From an uncultured Schleiferiaceae bacterium (GTDB taxonomy: Bacteria; Bacteroidota; Bacteroidia; Flavobacteriales; Schleiferiaceae), in assembly GCA_965658445.1 (NCBI GenBank), contig CBFHSF010000001.1, positions 5,793 to 69,792 of the forward strand: a DNA stretch of 64,000 bases, in the 5' to 3' direction. Position numbers and translations under genes: made by a program. The notes under the pieces were generated by a model. The model was not told the origin of the DNA, did no database searches, and saw only the letters and a program-made list of their open reading frames with translations. Below, in pieces: positions 54,861 to 64,000 of this stretch (position 1 is its first letter; each line of letters starts with the position of its first letter).

Positions 54861-56654
54861 TTATACTTCCTTCTTATGTCCGTATATCTTTTCGTACAAA
54901 TCGTTGTATTTAGAGATAATGGGCTTTCTTCTCAATTTGAGAGTAGGTGTAACATGTCCAGCATCAATAGACCAAACATCAGGAGTCAATTCAAATTTCT
55001 TGACTTGCTCCCATTTTCCAAAGTTCTTGTTATGGTGCTCAATCTCGCGACCAATTCGATTTACAATGCGCTCCATTTGAATCATCTCAGCATCTGAAGT
55101 ATAAGGGATGTCCTTGCGCTTACACCATGACTTCAAGAATTCAAAGTCGGGTTGTACAAAAGCAGCAGGGTGCTTTTCTCCCTCGCCAATGACCATGATC
55201 TGCTCAATAAAGTGTGATTCTTTGAATGAGTTTTCCATGATTTGAGGGGCGATGTATTTTCCTCCAGAGGTCTTAAAGATCTCTTTCTTTCTATCGGTGA
55301 TTTTCAGGAACTCTCCTTCTACAAATGTTCCGATATCTCCCGTGTGGAAGTAACCGTCTTCGTCAATAACTTCGGCAGTTTGTTCGGGTTTGTTGTAGTA
55401 TCCCATCATCACGTTGTGTCCCTTTACCAAGATTTCACCGTCGTCGGCAATCTTAACTTCTACACCGTCAATAATGCGACCCACACAACCTATGCGAGTT
55501 CCGTCGTTGTCTGGGCAGTTCACTGAGACTACCGGAGAGGTTTCCGTGAGACCATACCCCTCCTGAATATTGATATCTGCTGCCAAGAACACTCTTGCCA
55601 ATTTGGGGTTCAACGCAGCAGAACCTGAGGCCACTGCCAATACGCGTCCTCCTAAAGCTTCTTTCCACTTAGAGAAAATGATCTTGCGGGCAATTTTTAG
55701 CTTAAAGTGATACCAAGAAGACTTTCCATGGATATCGTATTCTTCCCCGAGAGAAACCGCCCAAAAGAAAAGGGCTTTTTTGATTCCCGTAAGGCTTGCT
55801 CCTTTGTCAATGATTTTGTCGTAAACCTTTTCCAGCAATCTAGGTACTGCGGTAAATACATGAGGCTGAACCTCTCTAATGTTGTCTCCAATGGTTTCCA
55901 TACTTTCTGCATAGTACAATCCCATACCCGTGTAACAGTAGAGGTAAATAAGCATTCTCTCGTAAATGTGACACAAGGGAAGGAAACTCAATCCAATGGC
56001 ATCCGATCCCACGGGAAGGCGGCCTCTAGAAACTTTGGCGTTCATGCTCACGTTTTTGTGAGAAAGCATAACCCCTTTGGGTTTTCCCGTCGTTCCTGAG
56101 GTGTAAATCAACGTGGCCAAATCCTCTTCTTTGACTTCGGCCTTAATGGCTTCAATCGCGTCGATGTCTGGATTGGCACCGAGTTCTAACACTTCGTTCC
56201 AGTTTTTACAACCCTCGATGTCTTCGAAGGAGTAAATCTCTTTTAGCGTTGGAACCTTTGATTGAATGGCCTTTACTTTGTCATACAGCCCTTGGTCAGA
56301 CAAGAAACAGTACGATACACTGGCATCGTTAAAGATGTATTCGTAGTCGTCTTCAGAAATGGTGGGATACACCGGTACATCGATGGCCCCTGCTTGAAGG
56401 ATTCCCAAATCGGTAATGTTCCACTCTGTGCGGTTGGTGGTAGAGATAATGGCAATTTTATCTCCCGGCTTTACGCCGAGTTTAATCAGTCCCGCACTCA
56501 ATTGATATCCCTTGTCAATAAATTCTTGGGTCGATGTTTTAACCCATTCGCCATTAACTTTTGTTACCAAGCAATCCTCTCTGGGATGGGTTTTTAGCGC
56601 GTAATGCGCGAAGTCAAATAAACGGGTAGGTTCTGAAGCGCCAGTTGTTGACAT
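54861..56654 (-). CDS. fadD: long-chain-fatty-acid--CoA ligase (AMP-dependent synthetase)
   Basis: AMP-binding motif IYTSGTTGKPKGVMLSH, plus GYGLTETS, TGDIG and GKYIAPQ. Confidence 0.9.
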   Translation of the reverse strand: MSTTGASEPTRLFDFAHYALKTHPREDCLVTKVNGEWVKTSTQEFIDKGYQLSAGLIKLGVKPGDKIAIISTTNRTEWNITDLGILQAGAIDVPVYPTISEDDYEYIFNDASVSYCFLSDQGLYDKVKAIQSKVPTLKEIYSFEDIEGCKNWNEVLELGANPDIDAIEAIKAEVKEEDLATLIYTSGTTGKPKGVMLSHKNVSMNAKVSRGRLPVGSDAIGLSFLPLCHIYERMLIYLYCYTGMGLYYAESMETIGDNIREVQPHVFTAVPRLLEKVYDKIIDKGASLTGIKKALFFWAVSLGEEYDIHGKSSWYHFKLKIARKIIFSKWKEALGGRVLAVASGSAALNPKLARVFLAADINIQEGYGLTETSPVVSVNCPDNDGTRIGCVGRIIDGVEVKIADDGEILVKGHNVMMGYYNKPEQTAEVIDEDGYFHTGDIGTFVEGEFLKITDRKKEIFKTSGGKYIAPQIMENSFKESHFIEQIMVIGEGEKHPAAFVQPDFEFLKSWCKRKDIPYTSDAEMIQMERIVNRIGREIEHHNKNFGKWEQVKKFELTPDVWSIDAGHVTPTLKLRRKPIISKYNDLYEKIYGHKKEV

Positions 56655-56657
56655 ATG

Positions 56658-58334
56658 TTATTTTTTTTGTGGATGTACCTGCTCACCTCTTACGTAAGTG
56701 GCAGTCACCGTGGAGGTTAATATTTCAGATTCGTCACATTGTAACCAATCAGTGTCTAATATAGTAAAGTCCGCGTATTTACCCACCACAATCTGACCTT
56801 TTTGGTCTTCTTGAAATTGAGCATAGGCAGCCCAATGAGTCATTCCTTCGAGGGTTTGTTTGCGCGTTAATCCTTCTTTCATCCTAAAACCACCTTCTGG
56901 ATAGCCCATGGCGTCCTTGCGGGTCACTGCAGCGTAAAAGGTTTTGTGTGTCGAAATGTCTTCGACCGGAAAGTCTGTTCCCAGCGGCATGGTTCCCGTC
57001 ACTTCCAACAAACTTTGGTAGGAATAGGCGTGGTGAATTCTTTCGGGACCCAATCTCTCTTCTGCCCAATACATATCTGAGGTGGCATGGGTGGGCTGTA
57101 CCGAAGGCAATATGTTGTATTCACCAAACTTCGCCAAGTCTTCAGGATTTACGATTTGCGCATGCTCAATTCTCCAACGCTTTCCATTGCCCTTTTCTAA
57201 AACTTGGGCGTAGGTATCCAAAATAAGTCGATTGGCAGAATCCCCAATGGCATGTGTGTTTACTTGGAAATCCATGGCAAGCGCTTGGCGCGAATACATT
57301 AAAAAGTCTTCCGGAGTGTGAATGAGCAAACCACTATTCCCAGGATCGTCGTGATAGGGGTGAAGAAGACACGCCCCTCGAGAACCCAAGGCCCCATCGG
57401 CATAGACTTTAAAAGATGATATTTGGAATCGGTCTCGGATCAGTTTTCCGTTTTCCCCGAAATAGTCCAAGTTCTCCTGATTCATCGCCGCCATAGAATA
57501 TAGAGGCATGGTCAAGACTTCCATTTGGTATAAGGAGTCAAGCCACATCAGGGTTTGTAAATCCAAACCGGCGTCGCATATTCCAGTAATTCCGGCGGCA
57601 AAACAATTTTGCTCTGCTACCAAAAGACGTTTTGTAAATTCTTCAAAATCCACAGAGGGAGTTTCAATTAACTGTTCTGCGTTGTCAATAAAAATCCCTG
57701 AGGGTTGGCCATCCACCAGCATAACTAATCCTCCGTCAATTTCTGATTCGACGGTAATTCCGCTGAGGTCCATGGCTTTTTGATTGGTCCAAACGCCGTG
57801 TCCATCCACTCGACTTAGAACAATGGGAAGTTCCGGATAGGCTTCAGTAAGTTTATGATGGGTGGGGAATCGCTTTCCTTCAAAAAGATTTTGATCCCAA
57901 CCTCTCCCCAAGACAAAGTCTGTGTTGGGGTTGTTTTTTAGAAAATCTGCAATGCGTTCTACTACCTCCTCCTCAGATTGTGCTCCGTACAATTGAACTT
58001 CAAAAAGGGTATTGGCATACCCCACCAGGTGAGCGTGGGCGTCAATAAAACCGGGGTAAATAAATTGATTTTTCAATATCGTAGTATCAGCACTCGGCAT
58101 TTCAGAATTTTCGGAAGTGGCGATAATTTTGCCTTCGTCAATTCCGATCCATCCGGTTACGTACTCGCCACTGTGATAGTAGGTTCCGTGCATCCAAGTG
58201 TCTATGGTGTTATCTCCTTTAGAGGAAGGGTTTTCCATAGAACAAGAGGTTCCTAAAAAAAGAAGGGAAGCCGCTGCGAGTAGAGGGCTATTAAATACAA
58301 ACGTTTTCAATCGATTAGACGGGTTTAGAATCAT
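56658..58334 (-). CDS. amidohydrolase-family (YtcJ-like) metal-dependent hydrolase, lipoprotein
   Basis: Lipobox FLGTSC, FIDAHAHL metal-binding motif, downstream HAIGD, and 558 aa. Confidence 0.8.
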   Translation of the reverse strand: MILNPSNRLKTFVFNSPLLAAASLLFLGTSCSMENPSSKGDNTIDTWMHGTYYHSGEYVTGWIGIDEGKIIATSENSEMPSADTTILKNQFIYPGFIDAHAHLVGYANTLFEVQLYGAQSEEEVVERIADFLKNNPNTDFVLGRGWDQNLFEGKRFPTHHKLTEAYPELPIVLSRVDGHGVWTNQKAMDLSGITVESEIDGGLVMLVDGQPSGIFIDNAEQLIETPSVDFEEFTKRLLVAEQNCFAAGITGICDAGLDLQTLMWLDSLYQMEVLTMPLYSMAAMNQENLDYFGENGKLIRDRFQISSFKVYADGALGSRGACLLHPYHDDPGNSGLLIHTPEDFLMYSRQALAMDFQVNTHAIGDSANRLILDTYAQVLEKGNGKRWRIEHAQIVNPEDLAKFGEYNILPSVQPTHATSDMYWAEERLGPERIHHAYSYQSLLEVTGTMPLGTDFPVEDISTHKTFYAAVTRKDAMGYPEGGFRMKEGLTRKQTLEGMTHWAAYAQFQEDQKGQIVVGKYADFTILDTDWLQCDESEILTSTVTATYVRGEQVHPQKK

Positions 58335-58387
58335 GCTTTTGAATTTCAGAAAGCCTAAGTTAGTTGAAACCTTTTAATTGAGTCATT

Positions 58388-58567
58388 ATGCGACGTATTG
58401 TACAACCGCTGTTGTTGTTCTTTTGTTTTTTATCAACCCTTGGGTTGTTGGCCCAACCCAACCTGCCCGATGAACCGGTTCCCTTGCCCGCAGGGGCATT
58501 GTGGTTTCTCGGGGCCGTTTTGGGAGGGCTCGGTCTTTGGCCGCGAAAACGCAAATCAGAGGAGTAA
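58388..58567 (+). CDS. 59-aa mini-protein: signal peptide plus VPLPA/PEP-CTERM-like sorting domain
   Basis: My translation is MRRIVQPLLLFFCFLSTLGLLAQPNLPDEPVPLPAGALWFLGAVLGGLGLWPRKRKSEE. It has a signal peptide, a P-D-E-P / VPLPA motif, a Gly/Leu-rich TM and an RKRK cluster. It is one codon short of the ORF-track cutoff. Confidence 0.45.
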   Translation: MRRIVQPLLLFFCFLSTLGLLAQPNLPDEPVPLPAGALWFLGAVLGGLGLWPRKRKSEE

Positions 58568-58668
58568 AATTTCTCTGTAGAAAAACCGCAACAGAGGTTG
58601 GGGAGTGAGTCCTAAAATATCACGTGAACTAATTGTATCTGACACTTTATTCTAAAATGGAATTGACG

Positions 58669-58676
58669 TACCTTTG
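58669..58676 (+). promoter_or_regulatory. -7 box TACCTTTG upstream of purL
   Basis: Matches TAnnTTTG, 15 nt before ATG 58691, implying a very short leader. Confidence 0.4.
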
Positions 58677-58690
58677 CGGCACAATTCAAA

Positions 58691-60934
58691 ATGATCATTA
58701 TGTCATCAGTTCCTGCAGAGGTAACGGTAGAAACCGCCAAAGACCTCGGACTACTACCGGAAGAGTTTGATAAAATTTGTGAAATCTTGGGGCGCACTCC
58801 CAACTATACGGAGTTGAGTATATACTCTGTGATGTGGAGTGAGCACTGTTCTTACAAGAACTCCATCGTATGGTTAAAGACCCTCCCAAAAGACGGCCCC
58901 CACATGTTGGTGAAAGCCGGGGAAGAAAATGCCGGATTGGTTGACATTGGTGATGGATTGGCTTGTGCCTTTAAAATTGAATCACACAACCACCCTTCTG
59001 CGCTAGAGCCTTACCAAGGTGCTGCAACAGGAGTAGGTGGTATCAACCGCGATATTTTTACGATGGGTGCTCGCCCCATTGCTCAATTGAACTCCCTTCG
59101 CTTTGGTGATGTAGATACCGACAGAACCAAGTGGCTACTCAACGGAGTGGTTAAGGGAATTGGTAACTACGGGAACTCCTTTGGGATTCCAACCGTAGGT
59201 GGAGAAGTTTACTTTGACAAGAGTTACGAGCAAAACCCATTGGTTAACGCATTCTCTGCGGGAATCGTTGAAGTAGGTGGACAAATTTCTGCCAAGTCAG
59301 GCGGCGTTGGAAACCCCGTTTACATCGTAGGTTCTTCTACAGGTAGAGACGGTATCCACGGAGCGGCTTTTGCTTCAAAGGATCTTACTGAAGATTCTGC
59401 CGATGACATCCCATCTGTACAGGTAGGTGACCCCTTCCAAGAAAAACTCTTGCTAGAAGCTACAATGGAATTGGCCAAGTCAGGTGCCGTAGTTGGTATG
59501 CAGGATATGGGAGCTGCGGGTATTACCTGTTCAACTTCAGAAATGAGTGCCGGAGGTGAAGTAGGTATGAGAATTGACCTAGACAAAGTTCCATTGCGTC
59601 AAGACAACATGGAGCCTTGGGAGATCTTGCTTTCAGAATCACAAGAGCGTATGCTTGTAGTGGTTGAGAAAGGTAAAGAAGAAATCGTAGAAAAGATTTT
59701 TGACAAGTGGGATATCCACTGTATGAATATTGGTGAAGTAACGGCCGAAGACAACCTTGAGTACTACTGGAATGGAGAATTGATTGCTCAAACTCCTGCA
59801 TCTCCATTGGTATTGGGAGGTGGAGCTCCGGTTTACTACCGCGAGTTTAGAGAGCCTGCTTACTTTAAGGAAAACCAGAAGTTCGACATCAACAGCATTA
59901 AAGAACCTAAGGACCTTAGAGACTTTGGTAAGAAGATGGTGGGACTTCCCAACATCGCTAGCAAGCGCTATGTTTACGAGCAGTACGACAGCATGGTAGG
60001 AACTATCAACATGTCTACCAACGCTCCTTCCGATGCGGCCATTGTAAACATCAAAGGTTCTAACAGAGCTTTGGCGATGACTGTGGATTGTAACGCTAGA
60101 TACGTTAATGCTGATCCTGAAACAGGAACAGCCATTGCCGTTTCTGAAGCCGCTAGAAATATTGTTTGTTCTGGAGGTCTTCCTTCGGCAATTACCAACT
60201 GTCTAAACTTTGGAAACCCATACAACCCAGAAGTTTACTGGCAGTTTGTAGGAGCTATCAAAGGAATGAAAAAGGCCTGTGAGAAGTTTGCGACTCCGGT
60301 AACCGGAGGAAACGTAAGTTTCTACAACCAAACGGCCATTGGCGATTCAGTTGAGCCTGTATTCCCAACGCCTACCATTGGAATGATTGGTGTGGTTGAA
60401 GACAAGAAGAACATCATGACCATCCCCTTCAAGCAAAAAGGAGATTTGATTTACATGATTGGAGAAAACAGAAATGACATTAACTCTTCTGAATACCTAG
60501 TGCGCATGCACGGGGTAGAAAACTCTCCCGCACCTTTCTTCAGCTTGGAAGAAGAATACGCTAACCAGGAGCAATTGAAGATGTTGATTCGCAAGGGCGT
60601 TATCAACGCGGCTCACGATGTATCGGAAGGTGGAATTTTTGTCGCCCTAACTGAGATGGCCATGGCCTCTGATTTGGGTTACGATATCACTACAGACGCT
60701 GCCATCAGAAAAGACGCTTACCTCTTCGGAGAAAGCCAATCTCGTATTATGGTGACCGTTTCTCAGGATACTGAAGATGACTTCATCGATTTGATGATGC
60801 TCAACGGTGTTGAATTTGATTTGGTAGGTCACGTAACCAAAGGCGCTATTCGCATTGACGATGAGGACTGGGGAGAAGTAGCCGACTACAAGTCAGTTTA
60901 CGACAACTCTTTGGGAGAAAAGATGGCTCACTAA
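58691..60934 (+). CDS. purL: phosphoribosylformylglycinamidine synthase subunit PurL
   Basis: [26 protein letters not shown], and 747 aa. Confidence 0.95.
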   Translation: MIIMSSVPAEVTVETAKDLGLLPEEFDKICEILGRTPNYTELSIYSVMWSEHCSYKNSIVWLKTLPKDGPHMLVKAGEENAGLVDIGDGLACAFKIESHNHPSALEPYQGAATGVGGINRDIFTMGARPIAQLNSLRFGDVDTDRTKWLLNGVVKGIGNYGNSFGIPTVGGEVYFDKSYEQNPLVNAFSAGIVEVGGQISAKSGGVGNPVYIVGSSTGRDGIHGAAFASKDLTEDSADDIPSVQVGDPFQEKLLLEATMELAKSGAVVGMQDMGAAGITCSTSEMSAGGEVGMRIDLDKVPLRQDNMEPWEILLSESQERMLVVVEKGKEEIVEKIFDKWDIHCMNIGEVTAEDNLEYYWNGELIAQTPASPLVLGGGAPVYYREFREPAYFKENQKFDINSIKEPKDLRDFGKKMVGLPNIASKRYVYEQYDSMVGTINMSTNAPSDAAIVNIKGSNRALAMTVDCNARYVNADPETGTAIAVSEAARNIVCSGGLPSAITNCLNFGNPYNPEVYWQFVGAIKGMKKACEKFATPVTGGNVSFYNQTAIGDSVEPVFPTPTIGMIGVVEDKKNIMTIPFKQKGDLIYMIGENRNDINSSEYLVRMHGVENSPAPFFSLEEEYANQEQLKMLIRKGVINAAHDVSEGGIFVALTEMAMASDLGYDITTDAAIRKDAYLFGESQSRIMVTVSQDTEDDFIDLMMLNGVEFDLVGHVTKGAIRIDDEDWGEVADYKSVYDNSLGEKMAH

Positions 60935-60980
60935 GACCATCATCTACAAATAGATTACATCACAAGGTGTGATAATGAGA

Positions 60981-61006
60981 AAGGCAGCCCCATGGCTGCC
61001 TTTTTT
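60981..61006 (+). terminator. rho-independent terminator after purL
   Basis: AAGGCAGCC-CCAT-GGCTGCCTT followed by T6. Confidence 0.85.
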
Positions 61007-61064
61007 ATTCGTTCTCTTTTTTGTCGCTGCTTTTTCTGTTTCTATTTTTTCGATGATTTTAGAA

Positions 61065-61694
61065 TCAAACCAACTTGTGTTCCAAGGCATACTTTACAAG
61101 CCCTGCGGTATTTCGCGCACCGGTCTTCTCCAATAGTCGCTTTCTGTAGGTTTCTATGGTTCTCGCACTGAGAAAGAGCTTGTCCGCAATTTCTGCCGTG
61201 GTGTATTCTTGACAAATCAACTGGAGAACCTCCAATTCTCGTTCTCCCAATTTCTCTGATGAATCCGTTGGGTTGGTCAATTGCCCCAACAAAACCTCGG
61301 ACACCTTGGGAGTGAGGAATTGCCCGGTTTGATGAACTTTCTCAATGGCCTCAAAAACCAAATCTTGAGCGGAGTCCTTGAGCAAATAGCCATTGGCTCC
61401 TTGAGATAAAAAGTCGACGATAAACTGTGGCTGCTCATACATGGTGAGCATGAGAACTTTCTCTTGACGTCGATTCTTCTGAATCCAATCCAAAGTTTGA
61501 GATCCGTTCATTTCCGGCATTTCAATATCCAGTAGAATGACATCGGCTTCCAGGCTGTTCCAATTTTTGGTCAAATCCAAACCTGAAGATGCTTCGAAAA
61601 CCACTTCAAAGCCATCGTGCCCATTGAGTAGGGTCTTGAGCCCGGACCTAAAAAGTTCGTGGTCATCTACGATGGCAATTTTTATTTTCTCCAT
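61065..61694 (-). CDS. NarL/FixJ-family response regulator (REC + LuxR HTH)
   Basis: IAIVDDH, ILLDIEMPEMNG, and C-terminal LGERELEVLQLICQEYTTAEIADKLFLSARTIETYR. Confidence 0.92.
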   Translation of the reverse strand: MEKIKIAIVDDHELFRSGLKTLLNGHDGFEVVFEASSGLDLTKNWNSLEADVILLDIEMPEMNGSQTLDWIQKNRRQEKVLMLTMYEQPQFIVDFLSQGANGYLLKDSAQDLVFEAIEKVHQTGQFLTPKVSEVLLGQLTNPTDSSEKLGERELEVLQLICQEYTTAEIADKLFLSARTIETYRKRLLEKTGARNTAGLVKYALEHKLV

Positions 61695-61716
61695 GAGTGT
61701 AGCGAAAACTGTGAGG

Positions 61717-62472
61717 TTAGGAAGTTAGTGGAATCTCTAAGGTAAGACTAAATCCCTTGGTGGGTTCTGAGTACATTTTATGTTGTGCTCTTAATACATC
61801 TGCTCGTGATTGAATATTGTGAAGCCCCAAGTTCTTCTTCGTAGACTCCATGTCAAAGCCCTTTCCGTTGTCCCTGTACAGAACGTGAAGGTGAGATCCT
61901 TCGTCAGAGATTTCTATGCTAATGCGATTGCAATCCGCGTATTTGATGGAATTGTTGAGACATTCTTGCAGTATGCGGAAAAGAAGAATTTCTCTTTCCT
62001 TTTCTAAGAGATCCTCGGTGGCAAAGTATTCCAAGTTGATTTTTATTTCTGAGTTGGATTCCACTGATTTTATTCGCTCTTCCAACGCTGCTTTTAAACC
62101 GTATTCCTTGAGAGTAGGAGGTAGCAAGTCGTTGACAATCCTTCGTACGCCTTCCATGCCTTCGAACATTAAACCGTCCAGTTCTGCCAATTGTGGATTG
62201 GATGAAATCTGTAATCGCGCGGTGGAAAGGATGGCACCAATGTCATCGTGAAGATCTTGAGCAATCCGTTGTTGCTCATTTTCTCTGGACTCCACTGTGG
62301 CCTTGAGAAGGTTTTCTTGGTGCTTGAGTTTGAGTTCTTGAACGTCCCTCTCCTGTTTGAGCACGCGCTTTTGATAAGTGATTACAAAGAGAATAATCGC
62401 CCCCACAAAAAATAGGATGATAAGTCCTGCGGTGAAAAATAGAACGCTTATTTGTTGCTCTTCGGGTTGCAT
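61717..62472 (-). CDS. HisKA_3-type (NarX/DesK-like) sensor histidine kinase
   Basis: One TM, a coiled coil, H-box QRIAQDLHDDIG, then ECLNNSIKYA and DNGKGF. ATG 62472 lies 25 nt inside the end of the upstream membrane gene. Confidence 0.88.
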   Translation of the reverse strand: MQPEEQQISVLFFTAGLIILFFVGAIILFVITYQKRVLKQERDVQELKLKHQENLLKATVESRENEQQRIAQDLHDDIGAILSTARLQISSNPQLAELDGLMFEGMEGVRRIVNDLLPPTLKEYGLKAALEERIKSVESNSEIKINLEYFATEDLLEKEREILLFRILQECLNNSIKYADCNRISIEISDEGSHLHVLYRDNGKGFDMESTKKNLGLHNIQSRADVLRAQHKMYSEPTKGFSLTLEIPLTS

Positions 62473-63131
62473 AGTACGGCTACTGAATAACTTAAATATA
62501 AGAGAATATTGAGTACGGCATGAACAGACCACAAGCTCCGGAAAAGGGGAGAGGATCGATCCGAAATATAGTTTCCAAATATGAACAGCAACAGGTTGCA
62601 GCTAAAGTAGATGAGAAGACCGGAGGCCAACCAAAAGAGTGGACTCCTCAGAAGGTTCTTTTCCATTTTTTGAATCAGTGTGGAATAGAAGTAATAAATA
62701 GAAACGGCAATGATTAAAATGCTTTCTGTGGTCCTTGTGAACGATGGATATTCAGACATGTCCTGAATCCATGCGGAGTTGATAATAACAAATACCTCGA
62801 AGGCCAGAAGCACTCCAACAAATAGGGCGGATGAATTTTTAGGCGTGGGAATAATGGGTTTTAAAAGTATCCATATCCAGAAAAACTCTATCCCAACATA
62901 GAGGTGGTACAAGGGCATGTTATTGCCCGAGCCTTCTATGCCGAGATAGAGTGCTAAAAATTGGATGATGCCAATGGTAATGAGATAGAATCCCATCACC
63001 CAATAAAACCTTTCTCTCCAACCATTCTTCCAAGGTTGCTTCCCTAAAAGCATTGCGAATGGCAAGAGAAAGGAGAGGCTACTCACCCAAATCAGCGGCG
63101 GATATTGACTAATCAAAGAGTCCGTTTCCAC
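62448..63131 (-). CDS. polytopic membrane protein (about 6 TM), probable sensing partner of the kinase
   Basis: Hydrophobic-helix pattern throughout. Overlaps the kinase start. Uses a GTG (63131) or TTG (63116) start, and either one overlaps the upstream lipoprotein stop. Confidence 0.6.
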   Translation of the reverse strand: METDSLISQYPPLIWVSSLSFLLPFAMLLGKQPWKNGWRERFYWVMGFYLITIGIIQFLALYLGIEGSGNNMPLYHLYVGIEFFWIWILLKPIIPTPKNSSALFVGVLLAFEVFVIINSAWIQDMSEYPSFTRTTESILIIAVSIYYFYSTLIQKMEKNLLRSPLFWLASGLLIYFSCNLLLFIFGNYISDRSSPLFRSLWSVHAVLNILLYLSYSVAVLCNPKSNK

Positions 63132-63978
63132 AGTACTGAGGACATGGATTGGCGAAGTCTAAGAAATCACAATCGATTTTTCCCATTGAAACATCTGCGG
63201 AAAGACTGCTAAAAGCAATTTTTATAGCATTCATCCCCCCTTGGTCATACTCTCCACAATTTGATTCCGGCGCATATGCATTTGCGTAGGCAGGGTCCGA
63301 ACCCACGGGTGTATATCCAAACACAGCATATAAGTCTCCCGTGCCCGCCAGACTTTGTAGTTCTGACATGTTAAAGGTGTAGGCCTTTATGGGGAAATAC
63401 GCAGGGTTATGACTATTGCGTGTGCTGTTAAAGGTATTCCAAGTGTTTATGTATTCTTGGGCAGTACCTAAATTGATAAAATCAAAGATGAAAACTTCTT
63501 CCTCTAAATTATACGCTGATCTTCCAATGGTAGTGCCTCCTGTATCTACATTGGTGTCGTTTCCTTCTGTGGTAACTGGTACGTACAATAATTGGGGTTT
63601 GTAGGTATTGTTTTCTGAAAGGACGGCGCCAAAGTATACCCTCATTCCAGGACATTCTGGACAAAGCTCTGCGAGTTGCGTCACGTGGTTATTGGTGAGT
63701 TTGAGCTCAACATACGAGGAGTCTAAATACCCTTGCCCCTCAGGATGCTTTCTGTGAGTCGTGAAAAACTCATATCCCGCTTTCCAGAGCATGTAAGTAG
63801 AACGTCTTACTTTTTTGTTGTGTAAGCCAGACTCCTCTTCGTTAGTAGTGGTTGTTTTGATTTCAGAATTTGCTTTATCTGATGCTGGGGCTTCCGTTGG
63901 TTGATTGCAACTCGCTACGGTAAAGGCGAGTCCCAAGAAAAGAGTCCCTAAAGGGGCCCATCCATTGATTGATTTCAT
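63109..63978 (-). CDS. lipoprotein, function unknown
   Basis: Signal plus lipobox FTVASC. Thr/Glu-rich linker and a Cys-containing C-terminus (CDFLDFANPCPQYC). No family recognised. Confidence 0.55.
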   Translation of the reverse strand: MKSINGWAPLGTLFLGLAFTVASCNQPTEAPASDKANSEIKTTTTNEEESGLHNKKVRRSTYMLWKAGYEFFTTHRKHPEGQGYLDSSYVELKLTNNHVTQLAELCPECPGMRVYFGAVLSENNTYKPQLLYVPVTTEGNDTNVDTGGTTIGRSAYNLEEEVFIFDFINLGTAQEYINTWNTFNSTRNSHNPAYFPIKAYTFNMSELQSLAGTGDLYAVFGYTPVGSDPAYANAYAPESNCGEYDQGGMNAIKIAFSSLSADVSMGKIDCDFLDFANPCPQYCGNGLFD

Positions 63979-64000
63979 GGTTTTTGGATTTGATAGGTTA

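Noticed and set aside
58360-58580. Two ORF-track entries at the mini-ORF locus: 58398-58580 (plus strand) and 58360-58554 (minus strand).
   Set aside because: Their translations are low-complexity and rich in Cys, Pro, Arg or Asn, with no signal, TM or motif. The third frame (58388-58567) gives a coherent signal peptide plus sorting tail.
62448-62532. An 85-nt stretch open in two frames at the junction of the membrane-protein and kinase genes, which could indicate a frameshifted single gene.
   Set aside because: The kinase has a proper ATG at 62472 followed by its own TM helix, and the upstream gene ends cleanly at a TAA. A 25-nt overlap of two intact genes is the simpler reading. Sequencing error cannot be excluded without read data.

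Overview
This window looks like a chromosomal segment from a Bacteroidota genome, probably Flavobacteriia-like. The evidence is gldF/gldG gliding genes, a T9SS C-terminal-domain cargo protein, a PorQ-like barrel, and many TAnnTTTG -7 promoter boxes. I call about 63 protein-coding genes, almost all core housekeeping: accA, tgt, serC/serA, purC, purL, dnaN, pruA, lon, ddl, coaD, pyrE, birA, rsfS, ftsH, cdsA, psd, cmk and fadD. There are also two two-component sensory modules. I saw no rRNA, tRNA, CRISPR array, transposase, integrase or phage gene, and no recognisable defence system.

The non-routine signals are all non-coding or very small:
- **Structured repeat array (52407-53009).** A 600-bp ORF-poor spacer between convergent genes holds 3-4 tandem units of about 105 nt. 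Their hairpin stems differ between copies but stay fully complementary.
- **Heptanucleotide arrays.** The repeat array is bracketed by degenerate 7-nt tandem arrays, and a related array follows another stop codon at 1278-1347. Two smaller direct repeats (10 nt and 13 nt) also sit just after stop codons but are not 7-nt arrays.
- **Mini-ORF (58388-58567).** A 59-codon ORF, just below the ORF-track cutoff, encodes only a signal peptide plus a VPLPA/PEP-CTERM-like sorting tail.
- **Split reading frame (32990-33391).** Two small ORFs in the same frame share a basic motif and are separated by one TAA.
- **Start corrections.** Several ORF-track starts are revised, and several adjacent genes overlap at stop/start codons.

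All functional interpretations of the non-coding elements are hypotheses that need computation or experiment.
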